Assembly (NCBI GenBank): GCA_947475895.1
Contig: CANJMF010000006.1
Location: 17,184 to 81,183, forward strand
Length of the DNA: 64,000 nt
Direction: 5' to 3'
From: Fidelibacterota bacterium
GTDB lineage: Bacteria; Pseudomonadota; Alphaproteobacteria; Rhodospirillales; Rhodospirillaceae
Shown: piece after piece, positions 19,514 to 31,118 of the stretch
Layout: the number at the start of each line of letters is the position of its first letter
How positions within the stretch are numbered: position 1 is the first letter of the stretch
The notes under the pieces: generated by a model
Seen by the model: only the letters and a program-made list of their open reading frames with translations
Database searches by the model: none
What the model was told of the DNA's origin: nothing
Program-made: the position numbers and the translations under genes

Positions 19514-20008
19514 ATGGTTCTGGGAATGTCGTTAGCAGCGTTCACGACGCTGCATGTTTTAATCAGTATCGCGGCGCTTTTATTGGGCATCGCCTTTGTC
19601 GTCACGCTGCTGCAAGGCAAGGAAGTCCCATCGGTCACCGGACTCTTTCTTCTTTTCACCATCGCTACGAGTGCGACCGGCTTTCTTTTCCCCGCCGACA
19701 CACTCTTGCCCTCGCACATCACCGGGATCATTTCCCTGGTCGTGCTAGCCGCCGCAAGTGTCGCCCGCTTTACATTTCGCCTGGCGGGACACTGGCGCTT
19801 AATCTTCATCGTCACAGCAATCATGAGCTTTTATCTCAACGCCTTTGTCTTCGTGGTACAGGCGTTTTTAAAGGTACCGAACCTGCACGACCTTGCGCCC
19901 ACCGGCGCTGAGCCGCCCTTCGCGGCAGCCCAAGGTGTCGTGCTCGTCGCTTTCGTTGGGCTGGGATTTTTGGCGGTCCGGCGTTTTCATCCCCGCGCCG
20001 TTGGGTAG
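19514..20008 (+). CDS. integral membrane protein (about 4 TM), unknown function
   Basis: 164 aa and hydrophobic throughout, for example LAAFTTLHVLISIAALLLGIAFVV. Confidence 0.55.
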   Translation: MVLGMSLAAFTTLHVLISIAALLLGIAFVVTLLQGKEVPSVTGLFLLFTIATSATGFLFPADTLLPSHITGIISLVVLAAASVARFTFRLAGHWRLIFIVTAIMSFYLNAFVFVVQAFLKVPNLHDLAPTGAEPPFAAAQGVVLVAFVGLGFLAVRRFHPRAVG

Positions 20009-20017
20009 ACAAAGTCC

Positions 20018-20467
20018 ATGAACGCATCCCAGAAAATTGATCATCTCATCGCAAGCATCGCCGACTGGCGCGGCAAAACCTTTGCTGCCGTCCGGAAGGG
20101 CGTCCTCGCGGCCGACAAGGAGATCATCGAGGAATGGAAGTGGATGGGAAGCCCCGTGTGGTCGCGCGATGGCATGATCGCAGTCGCCAACGCGCACAAA
20201 GGAAAGGTCAAACTCACCTTTGCTCACGGAGCCTTTCTCGCCGACCCCGATAAGCTGTTTAACGCCGGCCTTGAAGGCAACATGCGCCGCGCCATCGATT
20301 TTCTGGAAGGCGACAAGGTCAAAGAATCCCCACTCAAGGCCCTCGTCCGCGCGGCGATTGAATATAATCAAAGCCGTTTGAAGAAGAACGCGGCGAAGAC
20401 GACCGTCAAAAAGACGGTGCTCAACAAGAAAGCCCCTGCCAAAATGAAGAAGCGTACAAAGACATAA
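20018..20467 (+). CDS. DUF1801 (YdhG-like) domain protein with Lys-rich tail
   Basis: EEWKWMGSPVWSRDGMIAVANAHKGKVKLTFAHGA is DUF1801-like. The C-terminal tail is KKNAAKTTVKKTVLNKKAPAKMKKRTKT. Confidence 0.65.
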   Translation: MNASQKIDHLIASIADWRGKTFAAVRKGVLAADKEIIEEWKWMGSPVWSRDGMIAVANAHKGKVKLTFAHGAFLADPDKLFNAGLEGNMRRAIDFLEGDKVKESPLKALVRAAIEYNQSRLKKNAAKTTVKKTVLNKKAPAKMKKRTKT

Positions 20468-20485
20468 CCTAGCGCGGATCTGGAT

Positions 20486-21451
20486 ATGGCGGACGAAAAA
20501 CAGAGCGGCAAGCAGATCGACTTTTGGCCCGATTTCCGTTCGTTCGCGACCTACCCCGTTCAGCGCAAGAAAATCTTCGGCGCAGCGCCCAAGCTCTTCA
20601 CCATCGGCAGTTGCTTCGCCATCGAGATCCGTAAAGCGTTCCAAGCGCGCGGACTCACGGTTTATCCCGACTACACCTCGATTCAGTTCGACCCCGCGAC
20701 CCAAATTCTCGATAAGCTGCCGCGCCAGCGCGCCCTCATGCACTACGACACGTTTTCCATGCTTCAGGAATTCGAGTGCGCCTTCGACCTTTGGACCGAC
20801 CGCGCCGCCAGCTTCATCGAGGTCCGCAATGTGGAAGCCAATTCACTGCTGGGCTCCGACCTTATTTTCAAAGACCCCACGCGCCGAATGATCTACGGCA
20901 AGACGCGCGAAGCGTTGGCCGACGTCAGCACCAAGGTCGATCAAACATTCCGCGCGGGGCTAGATGCTGCCGACGTACTCGTCCTCACCTTAGGACTAAC
21001 GGAAGTTTGGCGGCACACCGTCACGGGCCGCTATTTTGGCGCGCAGCCCGAGTTCGGTTTTGGCGGCGGCATCGGCAAGGCAACGTTTCATCAAAGCTCG
21101 TACCCCGAGAACTATGCCAACCTGCGCATGATGGTCGAACTCCTGCGCACCAACTATCCGGCAAAGCCCATCGTCATTTCCGTCTCGCCCATTCATCTTG
21201 AATCGACGTTCAGCGATTTGGACGTGGGCACCGCGACCACCGAGAGCAAAGCGATTTTGCGCGCGGTGGCCGGCCAAGTGTGCCGCGACTTCGCCAGCCG
21301 CAACGTTCACTACTTTCCAGCTTATGAAATGGCGCAGTTCTCGCACGAGCCCGTGTGGGCGCCCGATGGACGCCACGTGCGTCCCGAATTCGCGGCCAGC
21401 GTAGTGGCCGCGTTCTTCGAAGCCTTCGGCGACGAGGCCGTCGCGCCGTAG
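20486..21451 (+). CDS. GSCFA family protein
   Basis: The family-defining motif is present literally (FTIGSCFAIEIRKAF), and the length is about 320 aa. Confidence 0.7.
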   Translation: MADEKQSGKQIDFWPDFRSFATYPVQRKKIFGAAPKLFTIGSCFAIEIRKAFQARGLTVYPDYTSIQFDPATQILDKLPRQRALMHYDTFSMLQEFECAFDLWTDRAASFIEVRNVEANSLLGSDLIFKDPTRRMIYGKTREALADVSTKVDQTFRAGLDAADVLVLTLGLTEVWRHTVTGRYFGAQPEFGFGGGIGKATFHQSSYPENYANLRMMVELLRTNYPAKPIVISVSPIHLESTFSDLDVGTATTESKAILRAVAGQVCRDFASRNVHYFPAYEMAQFSHEPVWAPDGRHVRPEFAASVVAAFFEAFGDEAVAP

Positions 21452-21458
21452 CCGCGCT

Positions 21459-22088
21459 TTACGGCTTCGGCGGAACGTTCATGCCCTTTTGCACCGCCGG
21501 ACGCGCGCCGATCTCATTCTGCCAACGCACCACATTCGGCCACGGGCTGAGATCGGGAATAATGAACAAAGCACTGACCGTCCACGGATAGGTCAGGATA
21601 TCGGCGATGGTGTAATTCGGCCCAGCCAAGTACGCGCTTTCGCCCAGGCGCTTATCCATGACGCCCAAGATGCGCTTGGCTTCGTTGGTGTAACGATCCA
21701 TGGCGTAGGGAATTTTCTCAGGCGCGAAGCGCACGAAGTGATTCATCTGGCCGAACATCGGCCCCACGCTCGCCATCTGGAAGAATGACCACTCCATCAC
21801 TTTGCTGAAGGCGCGCGGGTCTGTCGGCAGCAGCGGGCTTTTGGTTTTTTGCGCGAGGTACATCAGGATGGCAGCAGACTCGAACACCGAGATCGGCTTT
21901 CCGTCCGGGCCTTCGGAATCGACGATGGCCGGAATTTTATTGTTGGGGCTGATCTTCAAGAACTCAGGCGTGAATTGCTCGTTCTTCGAGATGTTGATGA
22001 CGTGCACATTGTACGGCAGGCCCAGCTCTTCCAGCATGACCGAAACTTTGTAACCGTTGGGCGTAAACAGCGTGTAGAGGTCGATCAT
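21459..22088 (-). CDS. Nu-class glutathione S-transferase (YfcG-like)
   Basis: MIDLYTLFTPNGYKVSVMLEELGLPY...FLKISPNNKIPAIVD closely parallels E. coli YfcG as I remember it. Confidence 0.8.
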   Translation of the reverse strand: MIDLYTLFTPNGYKVSVMLEELGLPYNVHVINISKNEQFTPEFLKISPNNKIPAIVDSEGPDGKPISVFESAAILMYLAQKTKSPLLPTDPRAFSKVMEWSFFQMASVGPMFGQMNHFVRFAPEKIPYAMDRYTNEAKRILGVMDKRLGESAYLAGPNYTIADILTYPWTVSALFIIPDLSPWPNVVRWQNEIGARPAVQKGMNVPPKP

Positions 22089-22091
22089 GTT

Positions 22092-22667
22092 TTACTTCCT
22101 TGCACAAATGTTCGCGGGCGCGTCCGGCGCAGGCAGCAGCACATAAGTTCCGTTTTTCACTTCCGCCACGAAAACGGCATTCGCGGGCGAATAACCTTCG
22201 GGGCGCACCACGGCGTCCAACTGAGCCCAGAAGGTATAGAAAAGCTGAGCGTCCACAACGACATTGTCTTTCACCAGCGCCACCAATTGGTAACGGTTGT
22301 CGCGCTCCAATTCACCGGCGAAGCGCTCGAACAGGCCTTTGGGCCATGTGGCTTGTGCGAGGATGGGTTGATCGCGCAGCGGCAGGTCGGTCGAGATGAA
22401 CACAAGCTTATCCCACGCCGGATCTTTCACGACGTTCGCGACGCAGATGTAAGGATGCGGTGCTAAGCCGCGCGGCGTTTCCTGGCGGCTGTCTTCAGGC
22501 AGCGGCGCTGCCGGGTCGGGTGTCGCGCGTAGCGCAATCTCAGCGCCGAAGTCGCGCAACCATGTGGGCGGAATGGCCGCGCGGTAGATGAACCAGCCGA
22601 CGACGAAGATTGTCACCAGACCGATGATCAGTACGGTGCCGGATTTCAGTCGAGGCGACATTTTCAT
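22092..22667 (-). CDS. membrane-anchored protein of unknown function
   Basis: 191 aa with a single N-terminal TM (GTVLIIGLVTIFVVGWFIY). I recognise no family. Confidence 0.5.
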   Translation of the reverse strand: MKMSPRLKSGTVLIIGLVTIFVVGWFIYRAAIPPTWLRDFGAEIALRATPDPAAPLPEDSRQETPRGLAPHPYICVANVVKDPAWDKLVFISTDLPLRDQPILAQATWPKGLFERFAGELERDNRYQLVALVKDNVVVDAQLFYTFWAQLDAVVRPEGYSPANAVFVAEVKNGTYVLLPAPDAPANICARK

Positions 22668-22693
22668 AGGGGGCTTTCTAACAGTCGAAACTG

Positions 22694-22783
22694 CATAAGT
22701 TCATGGGCTCGTTTGCCGCGAAGCTAACCATCTGAGCTTTCGGCCAAATGTTCGATTTCGGCCATAAGTTCATGGGCTCGTTT
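22694..22783. repeat. perfect 21-bp direct repeat (CATAAGTTCATGGGCTCGTTT) at 22694-22714 and 22763-22783, with a nested TTTCGGCCA(A/T)A duplication
   Basis: Read directly from the sequence in the 127-nt spacer between the gatB stop and the start of the 191-aa gene. Confidence 0.9.
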
Positions 22784-22794
22784 TCGCGCGATCG

Positions 22795-24251
22795 CTAGGA
22801 CGCCAGCTTTTTCCGCAGCAAATCCGAGCACGTGGCCGGGTTGGCCTTGCCCTGGGTGGCCTTCATCACCTGCCCCACGAACCAGCCGAGCACCTGCTCC
22901 TTGCCGGCACGGAACTGCTCGACCTTTTCCGTATTGGCCGCCAACACCTGATCGACCGCCGCTTCGATCGCGCTCGTGTCGGTCATCTGCTTCAAGCCAA
23001 GTTCGCTGACCAGAACGTCGGCGTCCTTGCCCGTCTCCACCATCGCCTCGAACAGTTCTTTAGCCTGACGGCCCGAGATCGTGTTGTCCGCTATGAGATC
23101 GAGCAAGCGCCCGAGGTTGGCAGCACTCACCGGACTCTCGGCGATGCTCAAGCCCTTCTTGTTCAGAACCGCGAACAAGTTCGTGTTCACCCAGTTGGCC
23201 GCTTGCTTCGCATCGCGGCCCTTGGCGACGACTTCGAAAAATTCCCCGTTCTCGCGCTCACTCACCAACACGTCCGCATCGTAAGCCGACAATCCGTATG
23301 CACTGATAAAGCGCGCCTTCTTATCGTCAGGCAATTCCGGCAGCGTCTTTCTGATGCTCTCGACAAAAGCGTCGTCGAATTCCAACGGCTGCAAATCGGG
23401 ATCGGGGAAATAACGATAATCGTGCGCCATTTCCTTCGAGCGCATGGTGCGCGTCTCGCCTTTGTTGGAATCGTAAAGGCGCGTTTCCTGGTCGATCTTT
23501 CCGCCGCTCTCGTACACATCCACATGACGCCGCGCTTCGTACTCAACCGCCTGCATCACAAAGCGCACGGAGTTCACGTTTTTGATTTCGCAGCGCGTGC
23601 GCAATTCCGTCGCGCCCACCGGACGCACCGACACGTTGGCGTCGCAGCGCATGGAACCTTCTTCCATGTTGCCGTCGCAGGTGCCGAGATAACGCAAGAT
23701 CGAGCGCATCTTCTTCAAATACGCACCCACTTCCTCCGGGCTGCGCAAATCCGGCTTGGACACGATTTCCATCAACGCCACGCCCGCGCGGTTCAAGTCG
23801 ATGAACGACTTGGTGCCGTGCATGTCGTGAATGGATTTGCCGGCGTCCTGCTCCAAGTGCAAACGCTCAATACCAATCGCGCGCGTCGAGCCATCCGCAA
23901 GATCAAGAACAAGCGTGCCCTCGCCCACGATGGGCTGATCGTACTGGCTGATCTGATAACCTTGCGGCAGATCGGCGTAGAAGTAGTTCTTGCGCGCGAA
24001 CACGCTGCGTTTGTTGATTTGCGCCTTCAAGCCAAGCCCGGTTCTCACCGCTTGTTCCACGCATCGTTCATTGATGACCGGCAGCATGCCGGGCATGCCC
24101 GCATCGATGAATGAAACATGCTCATTGGGACCGGCGCCGAAATCGGCAGAGGCGCCTGAGAACAACTTCGCTTTGGAAATAACCTGGGCATGAACCTCAA
24201 GCCCGATCACCACTTCCCAATCGCCCGTCTCGCCTTTGAGGATGTACGACA

Positions 24252-24252
<1 letters not shown>
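22795..24252 (-). CDS. gatB: aspartyl/glutamyl-tRNA amidotransferase subunit B
   Basis: 485 aa with a canonical GatB N-terminus ([13 protein letters not shown]...KLFS). It is the last gene of a gatC-gatA-gatB run. Confidence 0.95.
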
Positions 24253-25721
<1,469 letters not shown>

Positions 25722-25725
25722 GGCG

Positions 25726-26013
25726 CTATTCCACAACCTTCGGCACGGTAAAGAAGCCGTCGTGCCCATCGGGCGCATTGGCCAGCACTTGATCGACCTT
25801 ATCGCCGTCGGTGACTTCGTCCTTGCGCCACGGAAGTTTGAGATCGGTGCCGCCGCTCATAGGAGCGACGTTGTCGGTATTCACTTCCTTCAGCTGCTCG
25901 ATCCAGCCCATGATGCCCGACAACTGCTCGGCTACCGTGCCAAGGTCGGCGTCCGGCACCTCGATACGCGCGAGGGTGGCGATCCGGCGTACAGTGGCTT
26001 TATCTAATGACAT
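25726..26013 (-). CDS. gatC: aspartyl/glutamyl-tRNA amidotransferase subunit C
   Basis: 95 aa ([19 protein letters not shown]...), directly upstream of gatA. Confidence 0.9.
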   Translation of the reverse strand: MSLDKATVRRIATLARIEVPDADLGTVAEQLSGIMGWIEQLKEVNTDNVAPMSGGTDLKLPWRKDEVTDGDKVDQVLANAPDGHDGFFTVPKVVE

Positions 26014-26056
26014 CCGCTAAAGGTCTCCGCGATTTGGCCAGTCCGTAACACCCGCT

Positions 26057-26518
26057 ATGGCGATCTGCAAGCCCACTGAACTTAAGGCGAGACTCGCTCG
26101 GAACCAGGTCATTTTAGGCCTCGATCTGGGCGCGAAAACCATTGGGCTGGCGCTGTCGGACGCAGGCTACATGATCGCCTCGCCCCTTCTCACCATCAAC
26201 CGGCGAAAATTCAACCAGGACTTTGCAGAGTTGGAAGCCGTCATCACCAAACATAATGTCGGTGCGCTGCTCCTTGGCCTGCCCCTGCAAATGGACGGAA
26301 CCGAGGGTGCCCGCGCCCAATCCACCCGTTCCTTCGTGTCCGAACTCCTCAAACGCCGCGAAATGCCCGTGGCCTTTTGGGACGAACGTCTGTCGACCGC
26401 AGCCGTACAACGCATGCTGACCGACGAGGCCGACCTATCACGCAAACGCCGGGCCGAGGTGGTCGACAAAGCGGCGGCGGCCTACATCCTCCAGGGCGCC
26501 CTGGACGGCATGCGCTAA
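26057..26518 (+). CDS. ruvX: Holliday junction resolvase-like protein RuvX/YqgF
   Basis: ILGLDLGAKTIGLALSD and WDERLSTAAV are YqgF family motifs. 153 aa. Confidence 0.9.
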   Translation: MAICKPTELKARLARNQVILGLDLGAKTIGLALSDAGYMIASPLLTINRRKFNQDFAELEAVITKHNVGALLLGLPLQMDGTEGARAQSTRSFVSELLKRREMPVAFWDERLSTAAVQRMLTDEADLSRKRRAEVVDKAAAAYILQGALDGMR

Positions 26519-26907
26519 CCCAGATCCTCGCGGGCTTTTTCCCAGTCCTGTCCATCGTAGGGCGTGATGGTCAGGCCCGCTAAGTCGATCCCCTCCAAGC
26601 AGCGCGCGTTGACGTCGACCATGTCCGGGTGGGACCGCGGCGTATAAAACGGGTGCATGCCGCAGGTCCTGCAAAAGGTGTGCTTCGCTACCCCTGTATT
26701 AAAGGTGTAGGTCGTCAGCGCCTCCGGATCGGTCAACAATTCAAACTTTTCAGGCGCAACGATCAGGTGAAGGAAGCCCTTCTTCGTGCAAATCGAGCAG
26801 TTGCAATCGAGGATGCCAGTCAGGTCCGTCATGACCCGGAACCGCACCCCGCCGCAATGACAACCGCCTTCATAAATCTTTTCCACAGGCTCATCCTCGC
26901 GGCTCAT
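26515..26907 (-). CDS. GFA (CENP-V/glutathione-dependent formaldehyde-activating) family protein
   Basis: GGCHCGGVRF...CNCSIC...FCRTCG is the Cys pattern of GFA domains. Confidence 0.8.
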   Translation of the reverse strand: MSREDEPVEKIYEGGCHCGGVRFRVMTDLTGILDCNCSICTKKGFLHLIVAPEKFELLTDPEALTTYTFNTGVAKHTFCRTCGMHPFYTPRSHPDMVDVNARCLEGIDLAGLTITPYDGQDWEKAREDLG

Positions 26908-26961
26908 AAAAAAGAGTCAATTGCTTGCCCTGAACAAAGCTCACTCTTATAGTCCGCCCCC

Positions 26962-27939
26962 ATGCGTGACCCCGCCTTTCCGCATCGTCACCTCCTCGGT
27001 ATCGAGGGGCTTTCTCCCGCTGAAATCAATTATTTATTGGATCGGTCGGATCGTTACGTGGGCATTAACCGCGGCGCGGAAAAGACCAGCGAAGCCCTGC
27101 GCGGCCGGACCACCGTCAACCTCTTCTTCGAAAACTCAACACGCACGCGCACGTCCTTCGAACTCGCGGCCAAACGCCTCGGCGCCAGCGTCATTAACAT
27201 GCAGGTCGAAACCAGCTCCGTCACCAAAGGCGAGACCCTGATCGATACCGCCGTAACGCTCAACGCCATGCACCCCGACGTGCTGGCGGTGCGCCATCCC
27301 GACTCAGGCGCCGTGAAGCTTCTGGCCGATAAAGTGAACTGCGGTGTGGTGAACGGCGGCGACGGTAGCCACGAACACCCGACGCAGGCATTGCTCGACG
27401 CACTTACCATTCGCCGGCGCAAAGGCCGGCTGAACGGCTTGCTCGTGGCGATTTGCGGCGACGTGCTGCACAGCCGCGTCGCGCGTTCGAACTTCCTTCT
27501 GCTCCTGACGATGGGTGCCCGCGTGCGCATCATTGCCCCGCGCACTTTGATCCCAAGCGCGGTGGAGCGCCTTGGCGTCGAAGTCTTCACCGACATGACC
27601 GCCGGGCTTAAAGACGTCGATATCGTAATGATGCTGCGCGTGCAGAATGAACGCATGCGCGGCAGTTTCATTCCATCGATCCGCGAATACTTTCACTTCT
27701 TCGGCCTGGATCGCGCCAAGCTGGCGCAAGCCAAACCCGATGCCTTGATCATGCATCCCGGCCCCATGAACCGCGGAACGGAAATTGACTCCGACGTGGC
27801 CGACGACGTGGAACGCAGCGTCATCCGCGAACAAGTTGAGCTTGGCGTCGCCGTACGTATGGCAGTGCTGGAAATCCTTGCCAACAATGCCGTCGCTCAT
27901 AACGAAGAAAGCGCGAACCTGCGCAAGGTCGGCACATGA
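26962..27939 (+). CDS. pyrB: aspartate carbamoyltransferase catalytic subunit
   Basis: [13 protein letters not shown] and HPGP motifs. 325 aa. Confidence 0.95.
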   Translation: MRDPAFPHRHLLGIEGLSPAEINYLLDRSDRYVGINRGAEKTSEALRGRTTVNLFFENSTRTRTSFELAAKRLGASVINMQVETSSVTKGETLIDTAVTLNAMHPDVLAVRHPDSGAVKLLADKVNCGVVNGGDGSHEHPTQALLDALTIRRRKGRLNGLLVAICGDVLHSRVARSNFLLLLTMGARVRIIAPRTLIPSAVERLGVEVFTDMTAGLKDVDIVMMLRVQNERMRGSFIPSIREYFHFFGLDRAKLAQAKPDALIMHPGPMNRGTEIDSDVADDVERSVIREQVELGVAVRMAVLEILANNAVAHNEESANLRKVGT

Positions 27940-29291
27940 GCGCCATCAAAGCCGGCCGCACCGCCTATGTGAACGCACGCATCCTTGACCCCGCGTCGGG
28001 TTTCGATGGGCCGGGCGAATTACTGACGAACGGCGAAGACATCGTCGATCTGGCGCCGTCTTTATTCGACGGTAAAATTCCATCTGATGTGGAAATCGTC
28101 GATTGCGGCGGACACTGCCTCGCGCCTGGCTTGGTCGATATGCGCGCGCAGTTGCGCGAGCCCGGCGAAGAGCACAAAGAAAGCTTGAAGAGCGGCGGCG
28201 AAGCCGCGGTCGCGGGCGGCGTAACCACCATCGCGTGTTTACCCAACACCAATCCCATCATGGACGACGAAGCGACGTTGGAATTCGTCGCACGGCGCGC
28301 GCGCTTGCTGCAGCTGTCAAAAGTCTATTGCTACGGTGCTGCGACCAAAGGCCTACAAGGCAAAGAGTTGGCCGAAATGGGCCTGCTCGCCAAAGCCGGG
28401 GCACTGGCCTTCACCGACGCCACCAAAGCCATTGCCGATGCGCAAGTCATGCGCCGCGCGCTCAGTTACGCTGCGACCTTCGGCTTACTGATCGTTCAGC
28501 ATGCGGAAGAACCAACACTGGCCACGGGCGTCATGGCCGCAGGCGAAATCGCCACGCGCATGGGCTTGTCGGGCATTCCGCGCGAAGCGGAAATCATCAT
28601 GCTTGAGCGTGACATGCGCCTCGTCGCCATGACCGGCGGACGCTATCACGCTGCCCATATCTCGACGTCTGATAGCGTCGCGATTATCGCCAAAGCCAAA
28701 AAAGACGGCCTGAAGGTCACCTGCGATACCGCGCCGTTTTATTTCGCATTGAATGAACTGGCGGTCGGCGATTATCGTACCTTCGCCAAGCTTTCGCCGC
28801 CCTTGCGCGGCGAGGAAGACCGCGTGGCGATTGTCGAGGGCCTGCAAAGCGGCGTCATCGATGCCATCGCCAGCGACCACGCGCCGCAGGACTCCGACAG
28901 CAAACGTCTGCCTTTCCCGCAGGCCGCGTTCGGCGGTAGCGGATTGGAAACGCTTTTGGCCGTATCGCTCGGCCTCTATCACAACGAGGACATGAAACTG
29001 CTCGACGTGATCCGCCGTCTGACGGTCGCGCCCGCGCAAATTCTCGGCCTCGATGCCGGACAGTTGGCGAAAGGCAAAAAAGCCGACCTCGTGATCTTCG
29101 ATCCGGATCGCGGCTGGAAAGTCATTGCCGATAAATTCAAATCGAAATCCAAAAACTCGCCGTTCGACGGCCGCCCGGTTCAAGGGCAAGTGCTGCGAAC
29201 GGTGGTCGATGGCCGTACCGTGTTCGATGTATTGGCCGCGGAATCAGCAAGCACGTCCGAACCAAAGCGTGCGACCGCCAAAAAACGATGA
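27936..29291 (+). CDS. pyrC: dihydroorotase-like protein overlapping pyrB; the HxH metal motif is replaced (possibly a non-catalytic PyrC' type)
   Basis: ATGA overlap with pyrB. The fold matches type I DHOase ([29 protein letters not shown]), but the N-terminal motif reads [11 protein letters not shown] where active enzymes have D-x-H-x-H-x-R-x-P-G. Confidence 0.8.
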   Translation: MSAIKAGRTAYVNARILDPASGFDGPGELLTNGEDIVDLAPSLFDGKIPSDVEIVDCGGHCLAPGLVDMRAQLREPGEEHKESLKSGGEAAVAGGVTTIACLPNTNPIMDDEATLEFVARRARLLQLSKVYCYGAATKGLQGKELAEMGLLAKAGALAFTDATKAIADAQVMRRALSYAATFGLLIVQHAEEPTLATGVMAAGEIATRMGLSGIPREAEIIMLERDMRLVAMTGGRYHAAHISTSDSVAIIAKAKKDGLKVTCDTAPFYFALNELAVGDYRTFAKLSPPLRGEEDRVAIVEGLQSGVIDAIASDHAPQDSDSKRLPFPQAAFGGSGLETLLAVSLGLYHNEDMKLLDVIRRLTVAPAQILGLDAGQLAKGKKADLVIFDPDRGWKVIADKFKSKSKNSPFDGRPVQGQVLRTVVDGRTVFDVLAAESASTSEPKRATAKKR

Positions 29292-29905
29292 GCTCCGCCA
29301 TTCCGTTGTGGGTCTATTTCGACGCGCTGGTTGGCGGCTACTTCATCGGCTCCATTCCATTTGGTTTGCTGCTGACCCGCCTCGCTGGTCTTGGCGACAT
29401 CCGCGCCATTGGCTCGGGCAATATTGGCGCGACCAATGTTTTGCGCACCGGCAATAAGTGGCTCGCGCTTGCCACATTGTTGTTGGACGGCGGCAAAGGT
29501 GCGTTCGTCGTGATCGTCGTCAAAGCCCTCGCTGGCGAGGAAGCAATCGCGCTGGCGTTGCTCGCTGGTATCGGCGCCGTCATCGGTCATAACTTTCCGG
29601 TCTGGCTGAAATTCAAAGGCGGCAAAGGTGTCGCGACTACCATGGGGCTCATGCTCGCGGCAGCGCCTTTGGTCGGACTGCTGGCGATTCTCACATGGGG
29701 ACTAATGGCAGCGCTGTTTCGCCTTTCCTCACTGGCGGCCTTGGTCGCCCTTGGCCTCGCACCGGTCTACGCGTTCGTCCTAGGACGTAAAGAAGAAGCC
29801 ATCGCTTTCGCTGCCTTGGGCCTCCTCGGCTGGGTTCGCCATCACGCCAATATCAAGCGGCTCTTGAAGGGCGAGGAACCGCGCATCGGCGCAAAGAAGG
29901 CCTAA
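29288..29905 (+). CDS. plsY: glycerol-3-phosphate acyltransferase PlsY
   Basis: GSGNIGATNVLR and GGKGVAT motifs. 205 aa, membrane protein. Confidence 0.9.
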   Translation: MSSAIPLWVYFDALVGGYFIGSIPFGLLLTRLAGLGDIRAIGSGNIGATNVLRTGNKWLALATLLLDGGKGAFVVIVVKALAGEEAIALALLAGIGAVIGHNFPVWLKFKGGKGVATTMGLMLAAAPLVGLLAILTWGLMAALFRLSSLAALVALGLAPVYAFVLGRKEEAIAFAALGLLGWVRHHANIKRLLKGEEPRIGAKKA

Positions 29906-31005
29906 TGCCGCAGTACGACGAACTGATCGATTGGATCAGACTCACCCGCACGGACGGCGTGGGTACGAAAACCTTCCGCCAAGTTATGGACAGGTTCGGC
30001 CACGTCAGCGAGGCCATCGCGCGCATGCCGGAGTTCGCCGGCAAACGGATCTCCGTCGTACAGCCGTCTGTCGCTGAAAAAGAATTCGCGGCGGCGACAA
30101 AAGCGGGACTGCGATACCTGACCTGGAGCGATCCCGAATATCCCGCACCACTGAAAGCCACCGAAGATGCGCCGCCGCTGCTATTGGTCAAAGGCGACAT
30201 CAACGTCCTCGCCCAGCCGATGATCGCCATGGTCGGCGCGCGTAACGCCACCATCAACGGCAAGAAGTTCGCAAAGATGCTCGCCGCCGATCTCGCCAAA
30301 GCCGGTTTGGTCGTCATCTCGGGCATGGCGCGCGGCATCGACGGCGCAGCGCACGAAGGCGCTTTGCTTCACGGCCAAACCGTCGCGGTCTTGGCTGGTG
30401 GGGTCGATGTGATTTATCCGCCCGAACATCAGGGTCTTTATGAACAGATCGCCGCCAATGGCGCGGTCGTCTCCGAGATGCCACCAGGCACCGAACCCCA
30501 AGCAAGCCTGTTCCCCCGCCGAAACCGGATCATCTCGGGTGCCAGTGTTGGGGTGGTGGTGGTCGAGGCCACGCCGCGTTCCGGATCGTTGATTACCGCC
30601 CGTTATGCCGCCGATCAGGGACGGGATGTGTTCGCCGTACCGGGCTCGCCCCTCGATCCACGCGCCCAGGGGCCTAACAGCCTGATTCGCGATGGTGCCA
30701 CCCTCGTCCAATCTATAGACGATATTTTGGCAATTATTCCCGCAGAGAGGGTATCTGCGATTAATATTTCTTCGAAACCAAATCTTTCGCCACAACCAAT
30801 TGAAAAGACGAAGGAAAATAATAGCTCGTCTATACGGCTTACAATCGAGGCGGCCCTAGGCTCAACCCCTGCCGCTGTTGACGAACTGATACGCCAATGC
30901 CAAGTGTCACCCGCCGTTGTGGCCACTGTGCTCCTCGAGTTGGAGCTAGACGGACGGCTGGAGCGGTTGCCGGGCAACCGCGTGGCTTTAATCGGAACGG
31001 TTTGA
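29905..31005 (+). CDS. dprA: DNA-processing protein DprA (Smf)
   Basis: MVGARNATINGKKFA...SGMARGIDGAAHEGAL...GSLITARYAADQGRDVFAVPG is typical DprA. Confidence 0.9.
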   Translation: MPQYDELIDWIRLTRTDGVGTKTFRQVMDRFGHVSEAIARMPEFAGKRISVVQPSVAEKEFAAATKAGLRYLTWSDPEYPAPLKATEDAPPLLLVKGDINVLAQPMIAMVGARNATINGKKFAKMLAADLAKAGLVVISGMARGIDGAAHEGALLHGQTVAVLAGGVDVIYPPEHQGLYEQIAANGAVVSEMPPGTEPQASLFPRRNRIISGASVGVVVVEATPRSGSLITARYAADQGRDVFAVPGSPLDPRAQGPNSLIRDGATLVQSIDDILAIIPAERVSAINISSKPNLSPQPIEKTKENNSSSIRLTIEAALGSTPAAVDELIRQCQVSPAVVATVLLELELDGRLERLPGNRVALIGTV

Positions 31006-31118
31006 ATTTTTTAACTTTTCCGCGCTAACAGCCAGAATCCAACGCCAGATACGGACCTTTTAGGCAGGCTAACAGCCAGGGTTCGAATGCGCGAAAACGG
31101 GTAGGAAAAGAACGGCTC

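Noticed and set aside
26515-26518. 4-nt convergent overlap of the ruvX and GFA-family gene ends with no terminator between them
   Set aside because: Short convergent overlaps are common in compact genomes, and nothing further in the sequence suggests regulation.
31069-31092. GGTTCGAAT, a tRNA T-loop-like string upstream of topA, next to a 12-nt direct repeat GCTAACAGCCAG (31024 and 31069)
   Set aside because: The flanking bases do not form a T-stem (CCAGG versus TGCGC), and no acceptor or anticodon arms are present. It is not a tRNA. The 12-nt repeat is too short to interpret.
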